Positions 14,066-27,989 of a DNA stretch of 64,000 nt are shown here, in pieces; position 1 is the first letter of the stretch; every line of letters begins with the position of its first letter. Source of the DNA: Octopus vulgaris (taxonomy: Eukaryota); the NCBI GenBank assembly GCA_951406725.2, contig OX597816.1, forward strand, positions 82,956,001 through 83,020,000, given 5' to 3'. A program made the position numbers and the translations under genes. Below the pieces are notes generated by a model. The model made no database searches and was not told the DNA's origin. It was given only the letters and a program-made list of their open reading frames with translations.

Positions 14066-14909
14066 TTTGATACTTTGATACTTTGATAGGTTTCGGCCAT
14101 TATTGGCCCAGGCCATGTCTAACTTAATAGCACCACCTGGTGAGGTCTTTCAAGTCAGAATTTGGGCACTATGGCCCACTCAAGTAGAGAGTTATTGTTT
14201 ATAGAGACATATCCGGGTGTAGGGGGTTTATCCGGGATTTCTTGAAGGAATCTGTCCAAAGACTTCTTGAACCCTATAGGGTCAGTTTCTGTTTTAATGT
14301 GTTTTGGTGTAATGTTAAAGAGAGCGGGGCCAATTGAGGTGAAATAATTGTGCCGTATTGTTGTTATGAGATGAGAGTGCGATTTTTGTTTTGGGCGGAT
14401 GGCACGGGGCCCAAGCCTTGGATGTACCTTAAAGGTGATGCCAACATCATTTGGGCAATGCTGATGGAATATTTTCCACATCATGCAGATGATGTAGCGC
14501 TCACGACGACGTTGGAGAGAATAGAGTTTTAGCTTTTCTAGTCGACCCCAATAGTCGAGGCCTGTCATGCCATCTATCTTTTTTGTGATTGCCCTTTGAG
14601 GTGCTTCGACTTTTTTGATACCTTGTATTGTGTGGGGAGACCACAGTGGACAACAGTATTCAAGGTGGGGTCGGGCAAAAGTGGAGAAGAGAAGGATAAT
14701 GGTGTGGATATCTCTCGACTGGAAAGTTCTGAGAATCCAGGAACACATTCTGCGGGCCATGTCAACTTTGGTGTTTATATGAGTGGCCCAGCTTACGTTG
14801 TTGTCCACAATTACTCTCAAGTCTCTGATGTTGTTGGACGCCGCGAGAGTTTCACCTGAAGGAAGGGAGTATGGGAGTTTCAGGGCATCCTCTTTCCAAA
14901 GAGGATGCC

Positions 14910-14912
<3 letters not shown>
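14063..14912 (-). mobile_element. 5'-truncated CR1-clade LINE, young, inserted in (TA)n
   Basis: Uninterrupted 221-aa ORF 14155-14820 ([29 protein letters not shown]) typical of the CR1 C-terminus; 3' tail of three 8-bp TCAAAGTA units (14063-14086); (TA)n on both sides. Confidence 0.92.
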
Positions 14913-14996
<84 letters not shown>

Positions 14997-15514
14997 TATA
15001 TATGTATATATATATATAAATATATATATGTATATATATATATGCACATACATATGTATATATTCATACATGTATATAAACACACATATATGTATATATA
15101 TTATACACACACATGTTTTATTGAGTGATATCAATTACGAGTATAGTGAACTTAACCGTGGGGAGTGGAAAATTCACCGTTTCATACATATATACAATCT
15201 TTCATACACCCACATATATATATATGTATCTTTCTACGGCAAGAAAATACAAACGCCACTCGTATCAAATAAACATCAATTATTATGTGGCTTTATTACG
15301 TGGCTCAACCATTTCTGTGTGTTCCTTCTGATTACTTCGAGAATATTGTATGTAATATGAAGAGCAAATAATATTTGGCGTCGGTCCTCCTGGATATTGT
15401 TTTCCTCCAAATGCTAGACTTATCGCTGTTAAGAAATGTGATCAGAATAGAAAATTACTCATCACGAGTTTACAAAGTGTTTCTCCCGTGACTACGCTTC
15501 TCAACACTCTAAGT

Positions 15515-15818
<304 letters not shown>

Positions 15819-16317
15819 ACACACACATACACACACACACACAGATATATTGAACAAAAACAAAAAATACTTTCAGAACTTTATCATGAATAAAAGAAAT
15901 AATTTATACTGTTATCAGAATATCTACTGGTTTCAATCGTACTAAACACACACACTTTTTTCTCGTGACTCCATTTACCTGTCACAGTTTACCTGTCTAT
16001 GGTTTCTCTGACTTTGCGAGCAGCCGTACCGAGTACTATATATAGGCTCATGCATATTAAGACATTGTATGCATATGTATATCTCTTTTTTTTTTTTTTT
16101 TTTTTTTTTCCTCTCCCCCTTTTTTTAACCCCCCTTTTTTTTGTCCTCCTTCTCTCCTTTTACGATCCCTTTTGATCGAAACTCCCCCTTACTTTTTTTT
16201 TTTTTTTTTTTTTTTTTTAAACATTCAAAAGAAAAGCTCTACCTTGTAATTTGTTCTATCTGTGTGCAGCCCTGTGTGGCTAATAAAGAAACATATCTAT
16301 ATACACATACACACACA

Positions 16318-16366
<49 letters not shown>

Positions 16367-16367
<1 letters not shown>

Positions 16368-17058
16368 ATACAGTGTACATTGAAACACATTAAGAGGTAT
16401 TCATCATAGGATTCCCTTACGCTAGAAGGAACAGCTATAGATAATTAATAATATCAGGGTAATAAATGTGGTTAAATGTACACTGTATTTTATATGAATA
16501 ATATATAGCATATTGACTAATTTTTCTATACGCTAGACCACTGGTAGTAAAAATTTCTAAAATCGTTATTACCCTGATATTATTAATTATGTATAATTAT
16601 TTCTGAAAAATTCGTTCGAAGAAATTGCCGGCATTTTTTTTGCTGTCGGCAAAAACTGCGCTTGCGCGGTGGATTTGAAAAAATTAAGATGTATAAGCAA
16701 GAGGCACATGCTAAATTGGCCTCGTGTTTATATGTTTAATCTTGGTGTACCTGTTGACGAAGACTTCGACTGGCAAATTATTTTATTTGCTAAAAAAAAT
16801 TCAGAAACCACTGTCCAGGAAATAGATGTTAAATATTTTTATTTTTCATCCCCTTCGAGAATTTATCCCTAATTTGTAGTTTGGACTTTAGCTGTTCCTT
16901 GTAGCGTAAGGGAGTCCTATGATGGATACCTCTTAATGTGTTTAAATGTACACTGTATTTTATATAAATAATATATAGTCTATTGACTAATTTTTCTATA
17001 CGCTAGACCACTGGTAGTAAAAAATTTCTAAAATGTCTATTACCCTGATATTATTAAT
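16367..17058 (+). mobile_element. Non-coding PLE-pLTR/retrozyme-like mini-element: partial tandem of a ~470-bp unit plus an inverted 5' fragment
   Basis: 16465-16590 is directly repeated at ~16935-17058; 16367-16464 is an inverted copy of the same unit; the intervening segment carries an HHR motif. Confidence 0.7.
16744..16830 (+). ncRNA. Type I hammerhead ribozyme-like motif
   Basis: Stem I CCTG(16750-53)/CAGG(16816-19); core TTGACGA(16754-60); long, partly decayed stem II containing GCAAAT/ATTTGC; GAAA(16804-07); stem III AC-CACT-GT; GUC cleavage triplet 16813-15. Confidence 0.65.
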
Positions 17059-17069
17059 AATGAGTGTAC

Positions 17070-17104
<35 letters not shown>

Positions 17105-17208
17105 TGTATGTATGTATGTATGTATGTATGTATGTATGTATGTATGTACGTACGTACGTATGTATGTATAGTGCATGTATGCATGTATGTATGTATGTAT
17201 ATACATAC

Positions 17209-17286
<78 letters not shown>

Positions 17287-17311
17287 AGGTTTGGAGACGA
17301 TGTACAGGTAT

Positions 17312-17548
17312 TATATATTAGAAGAAATGAGGTACTCAGAAGTTCGGATGGTTTATATTTACAGATATTTATTTGTATATTACATTTTTTATATATATCA
17401 TATCACTTAGATCATTAGCGCTTTCTCCCATTCTAGTGGGGTTGGAGAAAGCGCTAATGATCTAAGTGATATGATATATATAAAAAATGTAATATACAAA
17501 TAAATATCTGTAAATATAAACCATCCGATCTTCTGAGTACCTCATTTC

Positions 17549-17560
<12 letters not shown>
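17312..17560. repeat. Near-perfect palindrome, 117-bp arms with 15-nt spacer
   Basis: 17312-17428 is the reverse complement of 17444-17560 with one mismatch seen (GTTCGG vs GATCGG). Confidence 0.95.
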
Positions 17561-17640
<80 letters not shown>

Positions 17641-17642
<2 letters not shown>

Positions 17643-17780
17643 TTCTCTCCTTGTTTTTTCCGTGTCCCTTGCTGTAGAAGAGCGTAGGCTCGAAACGTAA
17701 AATACTTTTTCTATTCCTGAGCGTTATACTAATACATCTGTTTGTTTTGTACACCACCTGTCTTCGTCTTTTGTTTTTTT
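17641..17780 (+). mobile_element. PLE-pLTR-like repeat with HHR-like motif (copy 1 of 3)
   Basis: CTGTAGA-A-GAGC-GTAG-GCTC-GAAA-CGTA; homologous to the reverse complements of 35190-35365 and 59690-59885; next to (TA)n. Confidence 0.7.
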
Positions 17781-18289
17781 CACCCAAATAAGAAGACCAT
17801 GAGTGAGTTTTGCAAATCTGTATTACTAGATACAATTGTTTCTGTATCACACCGTTTTGAACACCGTTGCAGGTTATTGATTTCTTGTGAAAAGTTACGT
17901 AAGGTTTGCTATTGACTCGATTAGAGCCGAACTTCAATAGATTGCATGAAAAAAAAATGCGCCCTTACGTTGGGCACAATTACATGAAATGATTTATGCG
18001 CAATGCCTTTAAAAGCGGAGTGTTACCGAAATATTTTTTGACAAATAATTAAAATGTGCTATACTCATTCTTCATCTCTTTGTTTGGATTATATATTAGC
18101 CTTCGTAAGACCCACATATTTGATTTGCTGGTGATGTACCTGGATTTTCTACGCTAGTAATCTTTATATATTTATATTTATATAGTCACGCACTTACATC
18201 CATGCGCACGCATTAAGAATAGAGGAATTATGCAGGGAAGAAACTGAATGATTTATTAATCTCTTATATATTATCAGGATCGCCATGAT

Positions 18290-18619
18290 GATCACCATCG
18301 TCACTGCCACCAAATTCATCTTCCCTATCTATCCCCATCATCGTCATCAGCAAAGTCGTCACAAGCATGACCGCCGTCGTCGTTGTCATCATCATCTTCA
18401 TCGTTATCACCAGCAGCACACTATCTCCGCCACCATCACCAACATCTCTACCGCCGACACTGCCTCCACCGTCGTCGCTGCCGTCATCGCTGCCGTCATC
18501 GCTGCCGTCATCGCTGCCGTCACTGCTGCCGCTGCCGCCACCGCCGCCGTCATTGCCGCCGCTGCCGCTGCTGCCGCTGCTGCCGCTGCTGCCGCTGCTG
18601 CCGCTGCCACCACCACCAC

Positions 18620-18654
<35 letters not shown>

Positions 18655-18794
18655 CCACCACCATTACTATCATTGCTATCACCCCCGCCATCACCAACAT
18701 CTCTACGGACACTGCTGCTGCCACCGACAAAGCCACTACCACCACCACCACTATCACCACCACCACCACCACCACCACCACCACCACCACCACC

Positions 18795-18843
<49 letters not shown>

Positions 18844-18845
18844 GT
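18290..18845. repeat. Degenerate trinucleotide array (CAT/CAC/GCC/GCT)
   Basis: Directly visible; open in several frames on both strands, as expected for a triplet repeat. Confidence 0.9.
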
Positions 18846-19243
18846 AGCAAAATAATTACGGTTAATGAAAATTACATGAAATAGGATGAATAAAACAACA
18901 AAGCGATGGATGTAAAGAAATCAGGAATGAAGTCATTAATATTTCGCATGGAACATGGAACATGATATGAAATGAAGATTGAATCATTAGCGTTAGGCTA
19001 AGGCCTATATCAAAGGTAAACCGAAATGATTTTCTCGTGTAGCACCTGAGTATTGTAATGTGGACTGTATCACACATAGCAGCATAAATATGTTAGATCA
19101 TGTCACACATCATTCTCATCTCGTATGTTTATATAATATATTACATATGCCTCGGTAATTTGACTACTTGCACTGAAATCTGTAATGCTTATTATTATGT
19201 ATCACATAAGACAATATAATGATAGTACTACAGACAGCATCAT

Positions 19244-19895
19244 GGTGGTGAGCTGGCAGAATCGCTAGCAAGCCGGGCAAAATGCTTAGCGGTATCTCGT
19301 CTGCAGCTGCGTTCTGAGTTCAAATTCCGCCGAGGTCGACTTTGCCTTTCATCCGTTCAGGTCGATTATATAAGTATCAGTTACGCACTGGGGTCGATAT
19401 AATCGACTTAATCCGTTTGTCTGTCCTTGTTTGTCCTCTCTATGTTTAGCCCCTTGTGGGTAGTAAAGAAATAGGTATTTCGTCTGGCTTTACGTTGTGA
19501 GTTCAAATTCCGCTGAGCTCGACTTTGCCTTTATCTTTTCGGGGTTGATAAGGCGATGTGCTGGCAGAATCATTCGCACGCCGAGAAAAATGCCAAGCAG
19601 CATTTCGTTCCACCGTACGTTCTGAGTTCAAATTCCGCCGAGATCCACCTTGCCTTTCATCCTCCCGGAGTCAATAAAATAAGTACGAGTTGATCACTGG
19701 GGTCGATGTAATCGACTTATCTTTCCCCGAAACTGCCGGCCTTGTACCAAAATCTGAAATTAATATTACAGACAACATAAGGCGGCGAGCTGGCAGAATC
19801 GTTAGCACGGGCAAAACGTTTAGCAGTATTTCGTCCGTCTTCACGTTCTGACTTCAGATTCCGTCGACTTTCATCCTTCCGAGGTCGATGAAAGA
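19244..19895 (+). mobile_element. Head-to-tail cluster of three SINE family A copies (first one dimeric)
   Basis: GCTGGCAGAATC heads at ~19250, ~19558 and ~19787, each followed by the B-box-like GTTCAAATTCC-type motif and the TTTCATCC core. Confidence 0.88.
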
Positions 19896-20864
19896 TGATC
19901 ATTTTTTTTTCTTTTAACACAGTAGAAAAGAAGGAATGAGTGAGGGAGACAGAAAGAGAAAAACCTCTTATATGGTTCTTAAAAATACCCCTATTATTTC
20001 TCTTTTTTTTCTTTTACAGCTGTTCCGGTTTTATTGTAGGATTGCAATTGCAACGGCTACTAATGGGGACAAATGAAACATCTGTTAGTCCATGTAAGGA
20101 GGTATATAAATTAAAGAATTAAAGGTAATGCTATGCAACTTTGTAATAATCCTTATTAATATTGTTAATATATGTATGTATGTATGTATGTATATACTTG
20201 TGTGTATATATGTATGTGTGTATGTATGTGTGTGTGCGCATGTGTGTATGTATATATGTATGTAAGCATACATGTATGGTATGTACGTGATGTATGTATA
20301 TATATATATATATATACATTATAACTGCTAATGTTATATATTATGACTTCTGTGTAATATTTATCAATTACATGTGGGAAGAGAGTATTATGTAAGTGGA
20401 TATGTATCCTACTTACATTGTGAATGAGAAAACTGCGTTGGAAGAACAGAAGAATTCATCAGTGTTCTATTGTTACATAAAGATTGACTATTGATTACAT
20501 GCGCTTCATTCCAATAAAAATCAGAACAAAAACGAAACATTGAAATGTCCTTTATATTTAAATAAAACCCAACAAAAATGGAAAGATAAAAATAAAATAA
20601 CAAAAACACAACATTGTAAATGCGAAAAGAAAGCAAATAAAAAGAAAGCAAAAAATAGTTCTGATTTTATCTTTTGAGTCTTGTTTAGATGCAAAAAAAA
20701 ACTTGACTAATTATAATTAGATATGCCTTGCCTTGATTGAAGCTCTAAAGTTCTGACAGTCGTTGAAGCGCAGTCGTGATATACGGTGTTTCTTGGGCAG
20801 TAGAGCCCATCCTTTTCCAGGAATGGTTATACCCGATTTGTTCCGGAGGGAGAAAGTGCGTGAA

Positions 20865-20929
<65 letters not shown>

Positions 20930-21629
20930 AAGAAAGAAGCAAAAAGATTGAAAAAAATAATAATTAGACTGTAAATCTGGGTTGCCATCTGTGACAAGTT
21001 TGTCTTTGATTCATGGGTCCAATTCAAAAGCAGAAAAAACTTATTACAACAACAGCAACAACAACATATAGAGATAGCGTTGTTGATTATATATGTATGT
21101 TTTTTCTACCTCTCTGCATCTCAAATCCGTTAAACTTCAACATATCCTTTCTCCTCTTCTGAATTTCCATTTGATTTTCATACTTCTAATTGAGTCGCTC
21201 AACACAATTTCCTCCTATCAAGGTGTCCTTTTTGTCTTGAAGTACAGATAATTCTGTTAAGTATTTATCATAGAAGAACTTTTATAATGGAAATCTTATT
21301 GGATTTTGTCGGTTACATCGTTCTTGAAAGAATAATTTAGTATAGTGTCCAGGTGGGTGATTAGTTTCTCATTGGTTTAATCTTACAAAAAGCTGAGCTA
21401 TGAAGCCAGACCTGTTAATTTCTATTGCTTCGTAAAAACATCTCAAACAGAGACTTAACGTAGAGTAAATTGATTCTCAATAGAATTCCAATGAGTAATC
21501 TATGGTGGTTGGGTATTCAACGTACACTAGCAACAATTACAGCAGGCCTCGGGTACAATTATCTTGATAATGTGTCTGATAAAGATTTCTAATTGACCAC
21601 TTAGAATAACAAGCTCAATCTATCCCATA

Positions 21630-22150
21630 AGTTTCTGCACAGTTTTCGTCAACCCCAATTTCTCTCTCAAGACTTGGGTCGATCCAAAGCTATGGTAGAC
21701 GGCATTTACCGAAGGTATTTTGCAGTGGGATCGAATTTCGGGGATTCATGATTGCAAAGCGAACGTGTTAACCATTTAGCTATGTCTTCGTCCTGCATAC
21801 AAATCATTCCCACCGTCCACACAGGGGTTAGAGTAATCTTTTTATCTTTTGCTTTGTTCTTGTTTCTCTCATGAGACTGTGGTCATGCTGGGGCACCGCC
21901 TTCAAGGGTTTTAGTCAAACGAATCAACCCCAGTCTTCAGGCGGTGTGTATGGAGAGAGGGAACCAAGACTGGAACAGACACACACACACGCACACACGC
22001 ACAAATATATACGACGGGCTTCTACACAATTTCTGGCAACTGAATACAAGACGTTGGTCGGCCCGAGGCCATAGTAAAACGCATTTGCCAAGACACTACT
22101 CGAAACCAAATGGTTTTAAGGTGAGCTTCTTATCCACACATCTATGCCCG
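21630..22150 (-). mobile_element. Two adjacent decayed SINE family B copies
   Basis: Reverse-complement matches to 52234-52647 (ACGACGGGCTTCT, GGTCGGCCCGAGGC, CATGCTGGGGCACCGCC). Confidence 0.7.
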
Positions 22151-23064
22151 GGATGAACAAGAAGATTAAAGAAAAGAAATTTACAAATCACAGCTCATGA
22201 TGGTGGTATCTCCATCGCTTGACGATGCAGATTCAATCGTCCGACCAACTGGATTACCTGCTCTTGAGTTAATGTTTAAGTGGCTGAGTATTCCACATAT
22301 GAACCCTCAGTATAATTGTCAGGTAGAATTTGCTTGACACAATGTGCAACAAGACTTTATCGTTTGAATTGCGGATATAATCCACCCGGTGGGCTTCAAT
22401 ACAGTTTCTACCCATTTTTACTCACAAGGTACGAGTCAACTCAAAGTTATACAAAATGACCTTTTTGGAGACGCAACGCAGTGGTATCGAACCCAGGGCT
22501 TTGTAGTTGCGAAGAGAACTACTTAAGCATTCGATCCTATCACACCAATTAAACTCCTGATAGAACTTAAATAGAATATTTCTCGAATGGTTGTTGTTTC
22601 GAGCAGGGCATCCTTGATTGAGCAGAACTAAAATCAAAGACATTCCAACTGTGATCATCATGTATTATTTTCTATAAACAGAAATTACAAGATCTTTTCT
22701 AAGACGATTTGAAGGAGAATTTGTTTCTGTTTCTAGCTGGTCGAGCGATCTCATATAAGCTCCTTTGTCAAGTCCATCGTGAAAAACAAAAATCCATTGT
22801 GTTTGAACTTAGAATCTTAATTTACAAACAACTACATTACAATATTTACAATGAGTTTCCGGTTTCATGGGATGCGAGGAAAGATGTGAGATACATCTCC
22901 TCATGGATAAGGTACTAATCTTAAAAATGAAATTAAAAAAACAAAGAAGAAAATACGGCAATTTGGCCATAATTCAGCTGGATCAGTTCTGATCTGGGAC
23001 TAAACAACAACAACGAGATCATCATCATCATCATCGTCGTCGTCGTCATCATCATCATCATCAT

Positions 23065-23108
<44 letters not shown>

Positions 23109-23392
23109 CCAACATCATCAACAGCAGCGTCATCAACAACATCAATAATAGTTACACATATCTCCTGTTAATGTTAAATCCATAACCTATCCGTATGCAT
23201 GCTTACATAAAGTACGTAGATATGCACTCTAAGTTAAGTACATTATCAAAATACATACTATATTATCAAAACAGGATTCTCACTACTAAAAACACAAAGA
23301 CTTTTCTAGAATTGCTTTTCTTTAATATCTACTCTCATTTCTTGTTTTTCTTGCCATTTTCCGTCCTTCCCTCACTAATCTATCTCCACAAT

Positions 23393-23462
<70 letters not shown>

Positions 23463-23699
23463 TTGCTTGCTTTTGTTCTCCGCTCATACTTTCATAACTT
23501 AATCACTCTCTCTGTCTCCCTGTCTCTTTCTCTTTGTTTTTATATAATCCTATGTTTATTCCACATCTCTCTTTATATCTGTTTGTATACCCTCTCCTTC
23601 TCTCTCTTTATATTTGTGTTTCTCTCTTTCTTACACTATGTATTGCCCACCATCAGTCTTCGTTTCTCTCTCAATATACATACGTACATACCTACATAT

Positions 23700-23745
<46 letters not shown>

Positions 23746-24182
23746 GTAGTATGTCTATATCCTGCTTCCTGTTTCTCCCTTTATCTGTATGCTTGCGTCT
23801 CCTCCAGCCCTGTCACTACTTTTTCTCTCAGTTACCTCGTCTATCCATCATTCTTACTCACACTGCCCTCCCCTACGTAGCCCCTCTCTCTTACAGCCTG
23901 TCACTTTCTTTCACTCTCATGCTCTCTCATCTTTCCATTCTCCCTTGTTTCTACATATCAGTATAACTATACACACACAAACACAAACACAAACACACAC
24001 ACATGGTACTCTTAATTGAAAAATGAAGAAGATCCACTAATGCAAAAAGAACTCAATACATGCTGGTAAATGGATTAGATTCATTTACATTTTGATTATA
24101 ATCCCTGCTATGGTAGTGACGTTTCAAGACCAAAGATTATCCTCAGGCAGAATTTAATAATAGCTTGATTATACACTATATT

Positions 24183-24350
24183 GGCGCACGAGCGGCTGTG
24201 TGGTAAGAAGTTTGCTTCCAAACCGCATGGTTCTGGGCTCAGTCCCACTGAATGGCACCTTGGGTAAATGTCTGCGACTTTAGCGGCTGGCCAACCAAAG
24301 TCTTGTGAGCGGATTTGGTTGACGGAAACTGAATGAAGCCCGTCGTACAC
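24183..24350 (+). mobile_element. SINE family B, 5' part
   Basis: GGCTGTGTGGTAAGAAGTTTGCTTCC..CAGTCCCACTG..GGCACCTTGGG..GACGGAAACTGAA..GCCCGTCG. Confidence 0.85.
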
Positions 24351-24944
24351 ACACCCCGTGTGTGTATGTATGTATGTATACATTTGCGTGGGGTGTAAGA
24401 ACAACAACAAAAATAATTGGTTGTAAATAGGCAGAAAGCCAGAATTATATAAATATACGGAATGGGGGAAGCTGTTTGTATCGATCGTGCACTTGAATGG
24501 TACTTTATTTTATCGATCCTAATTTAAGCAACAGTAACAACAAGAATAAACAGCAGTAATGAGAATAAGAATGTAATAAGCCACACCAAAAAGAAGCGAT
24601 GGCAGTGACGGTAACAACATCAACAACAACAGCAAGAAGAAGAAGAAGATCATCAACAACAACAACCACCCCAACAACAACAACAACAGTTGTTACTTTA
24701 TGACAATAAAAATAACAATGCTAGCAAAATTACTAGTCACTTGTGTTCGTTGCTGGTCACAATAGCAATGATAACAGAAAGTAACAAGAGCGACATCAAC
24801 CACAGTAATAACAACAAACTATAGTAACAGTAGTAATATTGGTTTGAAATGTTAGTACGAGACCAGCAAGTTCGAGAGAGAGAGAGAGAGAGAGGGAAAG
24901 AAAAAGAGAGAGAGAGAGCGAGAGAGAGAGAGAGAGAGAGAGAG

Positions 24945-25136
24945 AGTAAGTCGGTTACATCGACCCCCGTGATCAACTGGTACTTATTTTATCGTTTTAT
25001 CGACCCCCCCCCCCGAAAGGATGATGAAAGGGAAAGTCGGCCTTGATGGAATTTGAACTCAGTGCGTAAAGACGGAAGAAATGTCGCTAAACATTTTGCT
25101 CGGCGTGCATAACGCTTCTGTCAGCTCCCCGCCTTA
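24945..25136 (-). mobile_element. SINE family A
   Basis: Reverse complement of head and core; an extra head fragment lies at 25280-25340. Confidence 0.8.
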
Positions 25137-25341
25137 GAAACAATAGTAATATATGCAACACTATTAAGAACAAGAGTAACTGCAGCGATAACAACAACAG
25201 CGTCAACAGTACCACTCAACGTAACAACAACAATATAAAGAGCAATAAGTACCTCAGTAACAACAACAAACATAAAGAAGGGCGAAATACCGCTAAAGAT
25301 TTTGCCCGGCGTTCAAACAATTCTGCCAGCTCGCCGCCTTC

Positions 25342-25406
<65 letters not shown>

Positions 25407-25449
25407 AATAATAATAACAATAACAATAATAATAATAATAATAATAATA

Positions 25450-25511
<62 letters not shown>

Positions 25512-25908
25512 AGTTATTATTCACCCATCTTTCAACAAATTTACTGGGAGAAGAACTCCCCTCTCTACTATTACTTTCTTTTTCAGGTGGAATTGAGAAA
25601 GTCAGCGAGGGCTTGGCTGAAGAGGAAAGTGTCTGTCTTCAGTCCTTTCAATCTCGTCCACCATGCCTCTTTCGCCATGGCCAACAGAGGAAAAGTGCCT
25701 TTCCTTCCCGCCAAAGGAAGGCAGCGGGACGACCTTTACGATGGAATCGGGTGATAACTGGATCCGTCTTTCACTCAACAACAGCTGTTCAACAAAGCTT
25801 CACAAGTCTATAATGCACGGACTTTGAACTAATGCAAGCAGGACGGTTTCGTCGCCCTGTGCATACCTCAGACAGGTCCGTCTGATAGCACTTCCGGGTC
25901 TGTAAAGC

Positions 25909-26292
<384 letters not shown>

Positions 26293-27775
26293 GCCGCAAC
26301 AGAAATAACAACAGTAGCAACAATATTAACAACAACAATAACCACAAAAGCAATAACGACACTTGTAGCAGCCAACAGTAAATGGCAAGAATTGTCAAGA
26401 TGTTCGATCAGTCGTTGATCACCTCGGTGTGTACAGGTGTCGTGTAGTTATGAAAATCAGCATCTAATTCGCTGGCATTTCTTTCCCTGAAAGTATTCCC
26501 GTTATACTCAGTGGTGAGATTCTAGAAGAGGTCCTGCAGTTGGACTATCATAAGCCATAAGAGTGAAGATAACATACATATTCGCACCAACCATGCATAT
26601 AGAGTATTACGCCGTTCTCAAAGCTGGTTTTGGTTATGATCAGGGATCTATGTAGCCACAATAAATTTGAGTCGTCAATAACCTTCTGTTGTACGGTGAC
26701 GTCACGTGATCAATGAGTGTGATGGACTCGAACAAATTGGAAGTATTTGAGCACTCTTGATTTCACGAAACCCTACGTATTCACGCTCTGGATTTTGTGT
26801 CAAACGTCGAAGTTCGTCGTTGTAATTGGATCGAAGCCCCCTCAACAACTCTAACCAGAAATGCGCTTCAGATGGCTTGGTCTTACACTTCCGTGATGCA
26901 GTCTCGTGGCAGAGTCCCCTAAGAGATTTTATGGACTGCGAGGTGGACAGCGGGATGTTTGAATTAGTACGATAATGGCGTCTCATCGCCAGATGTTTGT
27001 GATCATGGTCTGTTTCTGTTGACGACACTTTGGCTTCACTGGTTTGAGACGATTCGACTGATCGACACAGATGGCCTCAACATAGTCAGTCGACTTGCCT
27101 AGAATAACTACCAACCGCCCCTCAAATAAACGCTCTACCGTTTTAAAACGGGAAGGACTAATTCGACATGTAGTCTCTGGTATACATAAAAAACAGCATG
27201 GTTATGACTGGAATGCTTTTGATTAACGCTCTTCTCCATTAGAACTGACTCAGGCCCAAGCAACAACAAAACAAACAACGTCAATGCCACAATAACCGCA
27301 GCAGCACCAGTGAGGTAGCCCCTATTTGGTAGCTAGAACTGTCAGAAATAGCAGTGTAATTTTCCTCAAATAGGCACTCTATTGTCTTAAGAAAAATAAA
27401 ACAATAATGCAGTTCTAGATATCGTGTAAAACATGTGGTGGTCGCGAATGGAATACTTTTGATTATAGGTGTGCTCGATGAGGGTTACTAAGGTGTCCAA
27501 ATAACATCAACACCATCAACAATAAAAATTAAGGAAAATATTAAGAACAGCACCGACATCAACGGCATCAACAATAACCATACAATAAATAAATAAATAA
27601 ATAGATAAAACAGCAAAAACAGAACATTCATAAGAGCAATAATTATAACAGCAATCTCTACCGCCACCATCACCACCACCACCACCACTACCAGCAAGAG
27701 CACAGCAACAACAACAACAATTACAGCAGTAAGAGCAACCGACGTTGGGAGCAAGGTAGAGAAGAATGCAATATT

Positions 27776-27989
27776 CTTTTCTACTCTAGGCACAAGGCCA
27801 GAAATGTTTGGGGAAGGGGCCAGTCGATTAGATCGACTCCAGTGCTCAACTGGTACTTATTTTATCGACCCCGAAAGGATGAAAGGCAAAGTTGACCTCG
27901 TCGGAATTCGAACTCAGAACGCAAAGACAGACGAAATGCCGTTAAGCATTTCGCTCGGCGTGCTAACGTTTCTGCCAGCTCGCCGCCTT
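27776..27989 (-). mobile_element. SINE family A with 20-bp target-site duplication
   Basis: Full head and core; flanks GTAGAGAAGAATGCAATATT (27756-75) and GTAGAGAAAAGTACAATATT (27990-28009), 17/20 identical. Confidence 0.92.

Noticed and set aside
18285-18884. Long His/Ala/Thr/Pro-rich ORFs
   Set aside because: Open in several frames on both strands because the DNA is a degenerate triplet repeat.
22590-22760. Old dispersed repeat also glimpsed at ~4215-4290, 4690-4760, 27080-27500 and 51850-51970
   Set aside because: Probably an ancient SINE family, but too diverged to delimit or classify by eye.
26702-27028. 108-aa non-repetitive minus-strand ORF
   Set aside because: No motif I can recognise and no splice or start context; length compatible with chance or a decayed element.
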